The notes under the pieces are model-generated. The model was not told the origin of the DNA. It searched no databases and saw only the letters and a program-made list of their open reading frames with translations. Shown piece by piece: positions 25,124 through 37,332 of a DNA stretch of 64,000 nt. This DNA is from Atractiella rhizophila (taxonomy: Eukaryota), in contig MU271269.1 in NCBI GenBank assembly GCA_021432655.1, forward strand, positions 1 to 64,000. The letters are read 5' to 3'. How positions within the stretch are numbered: the stretch's first letter is position 1; every line of letters starts with the position of its first letter. Made by a program: the position numbers and the translations under genes.

Positions 25124-27846
25124 TCACCGGAGACTAGACCTCCTCCCTCGACTACTACTAGTGCTCCTGCTCTTTTCGGCCCTCGGCGTTCTCTCTCCCT
25201 CTATCACACCGGAACTCTTCAATCCCACCAATCTCAGAGCCTTTTCAGCTCCTCGACTCAATGACCTTTCCGCCATACTAACAACATTTCCCATCGCTTC
25301 CCTACCCAGCCTGCCCTGTCGCGAAGAAGATCTTTCCCTCCGAACCTTGGGAGAGCTCGAGGATCTGTCTCTTCCAACTTGTGGCGAACGACTCCTTGAA
25401 GCGCTCCGGCTGCGACGGTTACGGAAGGTATCGACGGGAGAAGGAGAGATGTCCTGGTCCAGGTCAGAATCCATCTCATCGTCTGAAAATTCGACGTTCG
25501 TATTCTTCTCAATGTAGTCCTTCCTGCTCTTTCTTTGTTTCTCCATCGCACCACGCATCCATTCGCTTCCCGAGACCCGAACGATATCCCACCTCCTCGA
25601 TGGATCTGTGTCTAAGAGACCTCTCAGCATCTCCTCAGCCAATCTCTTCTCCCTATCCTCCTCCGAAGAGACGCCAAAGAACGATATCATCTTCTTCCCC
25701 GGTCCCGTACCTGCCTGAAGCGAAGAAGGGAGTTCCCAGTCACCTTTGAGGATTTTCATCTTCAACCTGGGCTCGAACGGGTCCTCGAAAGGCAATCGAC
25801 CCTCAATGAGAGCATAAAGGACGCATCCGAGCGCCCACATGTCGACGGAGAAGTCGATGATAGGAATCCGGCTGCGAACTTGTTCGGGTGGAGAGTAAGC
25901 GAGGGATCCTGGAAGGGCGTCGTCTCCTATCGTGCGCTCCGACCGCGATTTCACACCAGTACTATCAGTAGCGCCGACTCCGTGACCCCCTCCCCAATCC
26001 CTCCTTCTCGTCCAACTCCCACCATAGCTGACGACTTCCGCTAAGCCAAAATCCGCAATCCGAAAGCGGCCGTTCTCGTCCATCAAGATATTCTCAAGTT
26101 TTATATCCTTGTGGACCACCTTTTCCTCCAGATGAAGATATCGCAGCCCATCCACCACTTGTGCAAAGATGTGCTTGACGTGGCGCAAATCTAAACCGTG
26201 TCCATTCGCCTGTCCTCGCTCCCACGTTCCTCCCTCTTTCCTCCGGTCAGGTAACGGTTGAACAGGCATGGTGGATGAATGGGAGAGCGCTAGACCTGTG
26301 GATCGAGAGGCTAGAGAGCGGCCTCGTCGTCCCAACTCGTTGATGTAATGGAGGAGATTGCCACCCTTACAGAGAGGCATGAAGATATAAGTCGCTTCGG
26401 GACTAGAGTGAAGATGGAGGAGGGGAACAATATGAGGATGGTCAAGTTTAGACCAGATTTTGATTTCGCGTTCGAGGAATCGGCGAATCTTCTCAGCATG
26501 CTCGTGCTCTCTCTTCGGAGTCGCATCCGTACTTGCAATACCATGCAGTGAGGAAGAGAGATTGACAACCAAAGGTTTTTCCTCTGGTATAGCACTAGGA
26601 AGCAAGCCGGGACTAGAGCAACTTCGATCTCTTCCATACCCTCCTGACCCAACAGAAAGACCTCTGAAAACTTTCTGCAGCCTCCTATCTATGATTACCG
26701 GTGTAGGAGGGTCAACTTTCACTCCGACGGATTCAAGACCACCACTCCCTCCAAGCCCATCTAGCCCCATACCGTCCTCATGCCTAACAATCTTCACGGC
26801 AACGACTTCATCGTCCTTTTTTCCCTCCTTGACGATGCTGAACCCTCCCCAGCCTATGGTTTTGCCAAGCACGTAACCATCCACCTTCTCTCCCTCTCCA
26901 TCAGCCGATTGTGTCGAATACGTCGACTCTGCCATCCCAGCAAGGAACTGCACAGCGGGCGTCCACGGAATCTGGCCGTAACTAGATGAGGAGATGCTAG
27001 TCGACGACGACGTAATACTCATTGTTGACGCAGTCGGCGAAAGAACGTGATACGGCTTTCGGGCACCACTCCGACTTGTTGAGTGAGATGGGTTGACCAA
27101 TCGTTGGGAATTGGAGAAGACTCCTTGATGAAGGATCCCCGACGGTGGAGCGGAGTGAATATGTGGAGAAGGATATGAGAGCGGCGACGGGGAGCGATGC
27201 CTTGTCGGAGACATAGGTAGCGGGGCGGCCGCAGAAGACCAAGGGGGAACATCCGAATCCCCCGTTATTGGAGACTCGTACAATGCATCGTCACCTTTAG
27301 TACTCGGCGAGCTGGCCGACGTTGGGACGGCGAGATGAAGACTACCCGGACGGTGCGGGCGAGTGGGAGATTGAAAGCGAGCCGGGGACTAGGAGGCATT
27401 AGATTAGTACGTCTCAAATGTTGCTAGGAGCTAGCGTAATAAGACCGGACGAACTGGTGTCCCGGTTGTTCAAGCAATTAACAGGTCGTGGATGAATCAC
27501 TAGAATCACTCCTCGCCTCCCAGTTCAAACCAGCAGCGGACGTGCGACTCACCTGAGACCTTTCGTCCCTCTCCTCCTCTCTGATATTCCTAAAGACGTC
27601 ATTCCTAAAGGTATCCCTTTCTTTGATTGCGCTCCCAAACGTCCCTGGAAGAGATGTGGAGGCGCCAAAGCTCCCCGTACTCGCCTTCGTTCGTATACTA
27701 CTGCTTCTGCGTGGCCGCAGTGAAAGACCGCGCGGATCGTAGAGTAAGGAGACTTCTTCTCCACCTGGAGAGGCAGAACGGTCGGATGGCGACGCTTCGA
27801 AACTACTTTTACTGGATGGCGATAAAAAGGCAGAGGAGGAAGCCAT
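25124..27846 (-). CDS. CAMK-group (Nnk1-like) Ser/Thr protein kinase
   Basis: GWGGFSIV, VAVKIV, REIKIWSKLDHPHI, HKDIKLENIL, IADFGLA, GSLAYSPPE, DMWALG, and upstream TPAVQFL motif. First exon MASSSAF...RSQ joined by a gtgagt intron (~27424-27552). Confidence 0.88.
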
Positions 27847-29869
27847 TCCTGTGAAGCTGTGGCAATGGATCTCAACTAAGCAAAACTCCAGTGACCCAAG
27901 GAAGACACGTACCTCAATCTCCCCCAAAAATGTTATGAACGCCTTATATCGTTGTTTCAAGGGGAATTTTGAGCTCTTCTCTTTGTTACGAGGTGAAGAC
28001 GAAGTGATCGAGAATGTTGGTCGTCTGACTCGTTCCCCGTGAGAAACGGTGAGCTTCTATTTTCGCCTACTTGTAAGTCTTTTGTCATTCTCGTCAAGGA
28101 AACAAGAAACTCACGGATGACACTTGCAGTTACTCAGTTACACGGCCCACCTAACACGTTCTTCTCTCCTGCCACTTGGTCGTTCGGAAGTGTTGTCCAG
28201 TTCCCTAGTCCTGCCTTTAGTTTACATCAAAACGCGACCATTCGCGCGTGACACGTCATTGTGCGCACCCTAGCCAACTCAGAGCAAGTGTTGAGAAATT
28301 ATTGTAAATTGGACAGATATTTGGATGGATAAGCTTGATTGGAGCAGTTCACCATTAAGGAATATTGAAGTACTGCATCTGTGGCCGCATCGCTTCATCC
28401 GTGAGTTTTGATTTCAAGATCGTTCTGCAGTCGATCTTGTGCTATGCGTCCTTGAGTTAGCTCTGCTTCGAGTTTTGCAGTGTTATCCCACATCACAATG
28501 TGCTATCATTAGATGTCCAACTATTCGTAAAGTGTCATGCAAACGGACGGAATGCTGTCCATTCTTTCGATCAAGTTTTTGCCCAAATCTAACATGCCTG
28601 ATGACATCCTTGTCAGGTGTACTTGCAGCCCCTGAAATCGTCTGAAATAAGAAAATCTCGTGCCCAACTTGTTTCCTTTGAAATATGACATGTTTGCCAA
28701 AGCGGTTGGAATGAAAGATGCAGGGTACTACTGTATGCCTCGACTCTTCTGCCTGCAGCGATGTTCGGAATCTGGAATCATTACACAACACGAATAAGAG
28801 ACGCTATTTGTCCTGAAGACATCTCGCTCAAGAGTCGGAAGACGAAAGGTCGGCCGCTCTTCGAAATGTCAGCCTTGGCCTTGCCTGTGTTGAAAATACT
28901 CTACTAGTAGACGTGATATGAGGAGCTTTTGTTCGCGTTGTGACTTGAAGAACGCAAGAGCAAGACACATACGCATTGGGTAATAAATCCGTTGCGATAT
29001 CAAAACTGCGATCGACTAGGAATGCTGCTTACCTGCGCCGTCCACCTAATGTTTCGTTGAGAGTGCGTCAGAAGCTCCCTTCATAATTATTTTAGTTGTT
29101 CAATGCATACTTGCTTCAAGTTACTACATTGCTCGCCATGTCTCCGCCTGCCAGTGTGCCTTCTACGGACGGGACGTTAGATGGCGGTAGTGCTCTTCAG
29201 CTTCACCTGCGGTCTCCTCCACCTCATTGCCATTTCACCTCTGCTGACAGTAAACCTTGAAAGTTCGACAAGGACTATTTGCCGCCGAGACTTAAGGAGG
29301 GCACACTGGCAACTCCCATCCCGAATTCAATTTATACACGGAGGAAGCTGGTCCACGTCATGCGGACGCCGTCGCAATGCAAACCCTGGGCTGTTGGTTT
29401 GCAATTTCGCAAACATTACCTCAAAATCCTATTGGTCAGCCTTTGCAGGTCAGCCCATTGGTGATCTGCACGGTCGCCACCCTGACCTATTGATATTCCA
29501 TTGAAGTTATTTGGAGACTGACTACGCAGACAAGACGCAAAGGAGACGTTCATGAACAATCATGGTAATAACTTTAGATTCAGATTGATTCAGCTTTAGA
29601 GTGGACTTAGCAAACTCACCTGCTGCTTGACGCTTTACCCGAGGCCAGCTTACCAGCTGCTGGGTCCGTTTTCATCAGCCTGCACCACAGTCACCACACA
29701 ACCTTTGGGATTGGGAAACCGGATGGAGGTGAGCCGGCGATCGAAAAAAAAAGGACCTAAGCCTCGTTTAACCTTGAGCTTAACTTTCCATGGTGTGGGA
29801 ATATTTCATCATTTCTTCTTGCTCAAAATGCCTTCTCTGCCTCTGCCTTAAACCGCCATCCTGACCGTC

Positions 29870-30926
29870 ATGCAGCCTCATAACGAAGAATATGGAGATT
29901 TGCCTCTCCAGAAAGACCTTACAGGGGCTGCTTTCTCTGAAGATTTGCTGGATCAGATTTTGGGGGCCTCATTAAACAGTGCAACGGGATTTGGTGATGA
30001 CAACCTGTCTGAAAATCTTCTCTCGAATCCATGGGACTTATCCGCCTTTTCTGGTATGATGGGTATGTCTCTTAGCTCCTTCTGCCTTAGAAGACATCGA
30101 CACTGAACCCTTTTCCAAAGCCGACGCGTCACTTTTCCCTGACCCCTCCAAATCCAGCACTCCTTTGACCGGAAGCCCCAACAATAACTTGACCCCTTCC
30201 CCCCTTTTAACAGGGTCCCAACTCCATCCATCCATCATCTCACCTCATAATCAAGACGCATTTTTGATGTACCAAGCTCAACTTCTTTCTCGAACGTCAG
30301 GGCTACCTCCATCAACGGCCGCCATGGTTGGGGTGGGACCTACTATCTCTTCAGATATGCTTCACTTCATCTCTTTTCCTCAAGGATCGAGAAATGCCGA
30401 TGGCGGTAAATCTCCATCTGAAGACTCGTCTTCAGATTACGCCGAGATGGAAGCACATACCAAACCGGCTCAAGTAACCATCTTCCTTTTCTTCTAGACA
30501 CTCTGCTGACGATTGCATGTTGGGACCAGAAAAATCGTCGAGCCTCTGCTCCGGCGGGCATGTTAGAAAAGATGAAGAAGGTACCTCTAAAGTACACGGA
30601 GACGCGGGAAGAGCGACTGGAGAAGAATCGAATCTCGGCGTCGAAGTCGAGGCAAAAGAAGAAAGCTTGGGTCGAAGGTCTCAATCGAAGTTCGTGCCCC
30701 ATCTCTCGTCTCCATGAGGGGTAGTTGCTAAATGTTGCGTGGAACAGAGGTCCAAGAGCTAAACGCTCAAAATGAGGGCCTCAGGCTCCTCATCGAAAAT
30801 TTGAAGCAGGAGAAAACTCAGATTCAAACGGAGGCGATGGCGAGACGCGCAAGGAGAGCGACTTGTTCCAACTGCGATTTATCGACTTCTGGCACGACTC
30901 CAGCCTCTTCTTCAGGTTCCGCATAA
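29870..30926 (+). CDS. bZIP transcription factor (ATF/CREB-like)
   Basis: Basic region ERLEKNRISASKSRQKKKAWVEGL, then after an intron a leucine heptad VQELNAQNEGLRLLIENLKQE; three introns. Confidence 0.85.
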
Positions 30927-31563
30927 AGTCAGCCTAACTTAAGGTCTTTATCGAGCTTCATTTATGTCGGCAGGCATATACAAGTGCCTTGGCTTCGTTT
31001 CGGTTTCTGCATTCCTCTGACTTACACAGAACTTCACGGTAGTCCCCTCATGCAGTCCCCCTCAACAAGACATTCAGATCGTTCAGAGTTGATGGACTCT
31101 TCTTCGTCCATAAAAGTTGGTATTCATCTTCTCGATGTGAAGTACCTTTTCTTTCGTGTCTACAATGAGTAGTATTTCTGGTTTAGCGTTATCTTGAGCC
31201 GCCTGCTCGTTCGAGTTATGTACTATACTCTCCCAACTCAGTCGTGTCTCCAAATCAAACACGTCCTTAGACTCTTGATTCAAGGAGAGAGAGCATGAGA
31301 CGGACCACCGAGGGCGAGCAAGGAACATGCGTCTAACGCGCCGATCAGCTCGAAGAAGTCGATTTCAGACTTCCGGGCTTGTAAGGTTACGGCAATCTCA
31401 ATCCCAAAATGAGAACTGCTCCCTTTCGCGACGCTTGAAGGCTTGACGCTTGACGTCGGTTGAGCGGAATCGCTTCGACTTGTGTCATTCTTGCGATGTC
31501 GCAGCAGCAGCACGGCGCCCGGCCTTCTTTGCAGTGCCTGGCGCGACTGACCTTCACTTGGGG

Positions 31564-33714
31564 CAAGGGGGGGCCAGAGCTTAAATTTGGAGGTGCTAGG
31601 GCATTTGCCAAGCCTTCGAGGGGCTAGAAATTGCCAGAAGCCCCTGCATTGTGAAATAGTTGTGAAAGAGTTGTATCTCAGACAATGCCAACGTCGTGAA
31701 CAACTTGCGAGCCCATCCTTAGACAACAACTTCGATGCTGACTTCGATGGGGGGCAAGCAGCCATCCCAAAATCCATTGTTTCCTCCACCGCTGTCTCCG
31801 AAGGACGCCCGCTTTGCAGCTCGCCCAACTTCCTTCCCAACTTCACCATTTTCCCACGTTGCTAAAACCCGCTTCATCTCGTCCGATCTCGCCTCTGCTC
31901 TCGCCTTGGGCACGAAAGAAGGGCCAAATACTTCAAAGAGGGGAAGGGTATATAGTCTGGAGTAGAAAGAAAGACGTTGCTGCTTGAGAACAGAGAAAAC
32001 GAGAATGTGAGAAGCTTTGTCGCATGGAAAGGGTATGTTCTCTCTTTGAAGCCGAATACATTGCTGTATACATAGTAATGGGATGTCGAAGGCTATTCTT
32101 GGGAGTTGCTTCGTCAACATATCCAATGCTGGGGGGACCATATCAGCTTTGCTCCCAGCACGAAAGCGTCGCAGCTCCAGCGCCGCCTCTACTTCATCGA
32201 ATCCGAGTCGACCTCGCAAGAAGGCCACTGGCCGATCATTCGCCTCAGCCCATCCGTCCTGCACCGCACCTGTGATACCCTCTCATCCGATTGTTCAACT
32301 TCCTCCTTCCTCAAATCCGCTCAGCACCCCAGGATCACCATCAGTTGTCCCAGTTCCTGTCCATCGAAACGGTGCCATGGCGACTTTCTCTCCGACCAGT
32401 GAATGCAAGGTGTGGAAGTCAGTCCTGACCACTTCGTTCACACCTTCCTTCGTCTTCCTCCTGGTGCACCTTCCAACAAGTTTCCAACTCGACATTTGTC
32501 CTCCTTTGGGCCCTCTGACGACAATGCGGTCTCGCTATCATCCACCGCATACCAGGTGACTGCAGTGAACGTTGCAGATCAGTCTGGCACTGAGGTGGGC
32601 TCCTTCGCAATGAAGTGTTTCAAAGCTCACAGACGCGGCAGGCCATCGAATGCCCGGATTGCGGAGAGCATTTGTCATCCAAGAGATATCTGTCAAAAGT
32701 GCACCTCGAAGGACAAAGGTGTGCGAAGGCGGCTGCAAAGCCTCACTTGAAGACTGGAATTGAGGTGTTGGAGAAGGAGGCGGAGAAGCGGGAGGTCGAT
32801 ATCTTAACGTTGGAAAGAAGGCTTCTAGAGGAGATAGCTCGATTACGCTATATTCTGCTCTTGGAAGGTCTGTCAGAAGATGCAAGAGATCTCAGCCTAC
32901 ATCCTGAGGAAGAGTGTCGTGTCCGACAAAAAATAACGGAATACCAGCATGTTTCCTCCACCAGCATCGTATCTCTCTGCCATGGTCCCCGAAGTGCAGC
33001 ATGTACGTTTTCTAGTTCTAGGCAGGAACAAGGCATCAACTGCAGATCATTTTCAGCGTGAACACATCGGACAATTGAACCACTTTAGAAGTGGGGACAA
33101 GAATGTGGCATGGATAGATGAGGTGGATGTGGACATGCTTAGAAACCTGGTGGGGACTCAGCGCCAGGTTGATCATAAGGTAATGAGACCTGTCGGAGGT
33201 CCAAGCATGAGCAACCGAGCTGAAACAGAGCTTCCCTCCTCCCTCTGTGCTTTGGATGACATGTATGTATGATTTCTTCTGTCTTCCATACAAGTGGAAT
33301 CTCACGTTTGCCATAGCTCACAGGCAGCAACATTACTCAGCCTGCTTCAATACGACACGCCGACCTGGGCCTGAGCTCCTGGAACAGAATGCTACTTAGG
33401 CGTGCTTAGTACTGCCGCAAATTTGTGTTGATTTTTGCTCTCTTACAGTGCATAGATATTTGATTGGCTTGTTTCTTATTTTTAGTTTCTTCCTACCCAT
33501 TTTCTTGCTTCTAACTAGTTTCTTCCTACCCATTTTCTTGCTTCTAACTTGTTCGTCACCTTCCCGCTTTTCAGAATAGGTACAACCGCAGATGCCGAAA
33601 TTATTTGCCAAATAATTTCTGTGAAACCCAGGGCATAGGCACAAGAGTCGGGACTCTTGGGACCACCCTGGTGACCCCCTCGCACCTCAGAATTTAAACT
33701 CTGGCCCCCCCTTG
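31564..33714. mobile_element. Non-autonomous DNA transposon, 2151 bp, 38-bp TIRs, 7-bp TSD
   Basis: Left TIR 31564-31601 CAAGGGGGGGCCAGAGCTTAAATTTGGAGGTGCTAGGG; reverse complement of 33677-33714 matches at 34/38. Flanking direct repeat CTTGGGG at 31557-31563 and 33715-33721. Confidence 0.9.
33483..33549 (+). repeat. 33-bp perfect tandem duplication, subterminal in the TIR element
   Basis: tagtttcttcctacccattttcttgcttctaac occurs twice in tandem. Confidence 0.95.
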
Positions 33715-34069
33715 CTTGGGGCGAGAATAAGGAATGATTTTGAGCTGAGCTCAGACCCCGTTGTCAACTAACTTGCGAGACTCACTCTGTTCCTACTAGT
33801 TGTATTCTACTAATCAAATTTTCTACTTGTTAATCCTCTGTAGACTATGGAACAATGCAGTTAAGCCTAAGAAAGGTGTGAAGAGGTGAAAGTGTGAAAT
33901 GTGCCACCGGGAATATTTCATATCAGCGAAGCCTTGATTAGGGAATCAGCGACGTAAACTCCCGAACCCCACCGAAATCAACCCAGAGAAACGATTGGCC
34001 CTGCAGCCTTCGTTCTTATCGTGATAACGCTTTAACTACTCTACTTGGACACTCCCTCGCAGCAACAAC

Positions 34070-35509
34070 ATGGCCACACAACCTCAGCCTCAATTTCGAC
34101 CTCAGTCCACCCATCAAGAACCAGCATCCAGCACCACTTTCAGCACCCCAACGACATCGCGAGACAATGTTGAGGAATCCTTGGTCATTTTTGCGCCTAC
34201 TATCTCTTCGCACTCTGTGGGTACATCACATCCTCGTACAGATATTTCTGGGTCTGCGAAGCAGTCTCCTCCCGACCTCCAAGTTGGAGATGAAGATGGT
34301 ACGCCCACGCCTTCCGCGGGAGGCTCTACGCCCTCCGATTGGTCAGTCGTCCTCCCCGGTCCCTCTAATCCTCACGCTCGAGGAAGAAACGCGCAATTGA
34401 TGCTTGAGACTTCTCTTCCTCGGCACGATGGCACTGGGACCTTCAACGCTCAAGCGGAAGACCGAGAGCGTGACGAACCTCCGTCTCTCTATGCCAGCGC
34501 AATATCCATCTCTCCCTCCCTCACCGCTTCTTCAGTCGATTCAGGCTCCAATCTGATCTCGAGCGCGCAACTGGAGAGTATAGAATCCGAGACTGGCGAT
34601 GGATCTGAGAGCTGGGCGGGAGAGAGTGCGAGCTTGGATAGTGCGAGTGCGAGCGACCTCCCACCGTTGTTGTACCAGCAACGGAGACCGCGAGGCAGTC
34701 GTCACTCCTTGTCTTCAGTCCCAGTCGGGACCAAGCAGAGCAGTCCGGAAGGTGGTGCTGGAGCGGCGCTTGGAGAAAGTTGGGCGATGGAAGAGTCGGG
34801 ACTTGAGAGCGTGCATTCGCAGTCGGATGCATCGAGTCCGAGTCGACGGATAGAGGTTCCTGTGAGAGGAAAAGCAAAGAAGAGGAGTCGACGGCCATTG
34901 TATCGGAGAGCTTCGATCACCTCCTCCTCTCAAGCTCACGGTCATGCGCATGCGTACTCGAGGGGACGCGCACACTCCCATCCACGCTCCCGACTCTCGA
35001 GCGTCGGCTCCAACTTGCCCCTGATCGAACGAGTCGTCAACCTCATTTTCTCGCTCGAGCGCGAAACTCTAGAGTTGATCGAACAGGAAATTCAGAGACC
35101 GTACTCCTCCTACGCATTCAAAAGACCGTATCCCTCCCCTTCTCCGCTCTCGTTCTCCTCCGAAGGAGAGAAACATGGTTTCATGCGCGTGGCGAAAGAG
35201 AGTCGGATCGAGTTGGGAAACAACGAAGCCTGGAGGAGGGAAGAGTATGGATCCGATACCGAAGTGGAGAGTCTCATCGGTTCGTTGGCGAAGAAGAAGG
35301 ATGGATCGAGAACGCCTAGAGTGATGGTTACACCTGTGATTGAGCGGATTGAGAGTGCGAAAGTGGAAGAAAAGCTGGAGGAACCGGAGAATGGTGGGCT
35401 GAGGAAGAACCGGTCGACTCAGTTTGGAGTGGGCGATATGGTTTCGAGAGTGGTGGGGAGGTGGAGTGAAGGGTGGAATGAAGCCGATTTTGGAGCTAGC
35501 CGGAGCTAG
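34070..35509 (+). CDS. Hypothetical Ser-rich, largely disordered protein (479 aa)
   Basis: Long single-exon ORF with a short structured-looking motif LPRHDGTGTF; no recognisable domain. Confidence 0.7.
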   Translation: MATQPQPQFRPQSTHQEPASSTTFSTPTTSRDNVEESLVIFAPTISSHSVGTSHPRTDISGSAKQSPPDLQVGDEDGTPTPSAGGSTPSDWSVVLPGPSNPHARGRNAQLMLETSLPRHDGTGTFNAQAEDRERDEPPSLYASAISISPSLTASSVDSGSNLISSAQLESIESETGDGSESWAGESASLDSASASDLPPLLYQQRRPRGSRHSLSSVPVGTKQSSPEGGAGAALGESWAMEESGLESVHSQSDASSPSRRIEVPVRGKAKKRSRRPLYRRASITSSSQAHGHAHAYSRGRAHSHPRSRLSSVGSNLPLIERVVNLIFSLERETLELIEQEIQRPYSSYAFKRPYPSPSPLSFSSEGEKHGFMRVAKESRIELGNNEAWRREEYGSDTEVESLIGSLAKKKDGSRTPRVMVTPVIERIESAKVEEKLEEPENGGLRKNRSTQFGVGDMVSRVVGRWSEGWNEADFGASRS

Positions 35510-35770
35510 ATGGTTTATGGGTTGTGCTGGTGAGTTTGGTTCATGCTCCTTCGCTCCTTTTAGTGAGAAGTTGTAACGAGAGTTTGGGAATTAGTTGTAG
35601 TTTCAAGGGATTTCCATTTGGCATTGAGAAATATCTGCTGTTTTCCTTATGATGTATGCATTACTTACTCCTCTTTGCTCCTCTCATCTGCGTTCATGTT
35701 CGACACAAACAATACCTTAGCTGTTTTCAGGAATGTGCAAATATATGTAACACTTCGCCCCTCCATTTTC

Positions 35771-36459
35771 TCAATCATCTTGATCCGAAGACCCCTTTGA
35801 CCTCTCCACCCAATCCAGCCAACTACCCTCGTAGTTTCTCACGCTGACGGTCCAAAATGTCAGCACTTCATGAAGTTTATATACACAGAAAAAGCTCACT
35901 TCTTCCATCCCTTGGCCTTCATTTCCTGCAAGGCCGTCTCGCTCCTTTTGCCACTTCTGCAGTTCACGATGATGCAGGCGTCCTTTCCAGGCTTGCGGAA
36001 TCCAAACTTCTGCACAAACTGTCCTTCGTCCATTAACAAAGAGTCGGGAAAGCTGGAAAGCGGGAGATTGACAGCGGAGGGGATGGCTCCTGCCGCCACT
36101 TCGTCCTGTTCTCGAACGTCTAAACCAACATCACGGTCAATGCGGCTTGCTCTGTAACGATGCGAGGAGAGGAGGGGGTGACGAACCGATGAGTAAGATG
36201 TCCTGTTGCGCCATCAGCTTCCAAAATGCGGTTTGAAGGAAGGAAGGAAAGAGAAACGCACATCGTTTGGCTGGTCAGTGATGGGTTTGAGCTCGTCGAA
36301 TGTGATGGGCCTGTTAAGCCTGAAAGAATCAGGAACTTGGCGTGCCAGAGCGCTCGAGAGTTGAAAAGCTCGAAGTTGCATGGAAGGGAGCGCGAAACGC
36401 GGGGAGGCGAGGGAGACCCTGGAGGAAAGGAGCACTGGACGGAGGGCAGAGCGGAACAT
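35771..36459 (-). CDS. Mitochondrial single-domain rhodanese (Rdl2-like sulfurtransferase)
   Basis: Arg/Ser-rich presequence, ILLIDVRE (via a micro-exon), GAIPSAVNLP, active-site CRSGKRS, last exon VRNYEGSWLDW. Confidence 0.9.
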
Positions 36460-37332
36460 GATGCGCGTATATTGTCTGAGTTATGCAGCGTGATGCCTGG
36501 TTATGCAGGTGAGCTTCGTCGAAGACAATCATTGCAGGAGCGGAAGAAGGTGCCAAATCAGGAAATTCCCGTTTACTTAGAGTTCGCGCCGTTTTTGGTG
36601 CAAACTCTCTCTTGTTCTCTCACCGATCTCCATCATTCAACACTTCGGATTCTCCACCACAAGAGAGCGGCTTTTCTTTCATAAAGCGCCATACGTTGCA
36701 AGCTCTGCGAACCGCCGCGCCTACCCCGAGAATCTTTTTTCCAACTGCCAAAGGGACAACGTGACGGACAGCAACAGGGGAGTGGCCTTGGTTTGGCCGA
36801 ACGCGAAGCAAGTATAAAGTGAGATAGCTTGGAAAGGTTGGTGGGCCTCTTCTAAAACTTTTTGAGGTGCAGAGAAGTATAGGTATGTGGTTTCATCTGG
36901 CACTTCATCGAGTCGCTGGCTGGTGTGTACGACGACTGTTTATTTCAGAAGCTGTTGAAAACAACAGGGCCAAGTTGTCTACCGGTGACCTTTGAACCAT
37001 TAACCATTTAGGAAACTTGATCAGCTCTTTTGAATCAGTGCTGAACGCGGTACTATGAGTCGCGGAACTTCTGTTATTGAGCAGAAACACAAGAAGTGAT
37101 GTAATTTGTGAGAGTGTGCATCATTGCTTTTATAAACGCAAACGATGCTACACTCACGATGTGTGAGTGAAGCTGAGCTGGACGCTGCCCCAACGAATGA
37201 GCCGGCTGATGGCGTTTTGGATGGTATCTAGTTGCACTTTAACTTCTTTCCATCCTGCTTCAATGTAGAGAAAGCAGGCAATAAAAGGCTCACAGTGTTT
37301 CATAGTGTCCCACTCTCCCTAATTACGCTACG

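Noticed and set aside
28300..29600. Short ORFs including a weak F-box-like VDLVLCVLELAL
   Set aside because: Could not build a coherent spliced gene; treated as intergenic or unrecognisable relic.
31719..32264. 181-aa minus-strand ORF within the TIR element
   Set aside because: No recognisable motifs and it overlaps equally plausible plus-strand frames.
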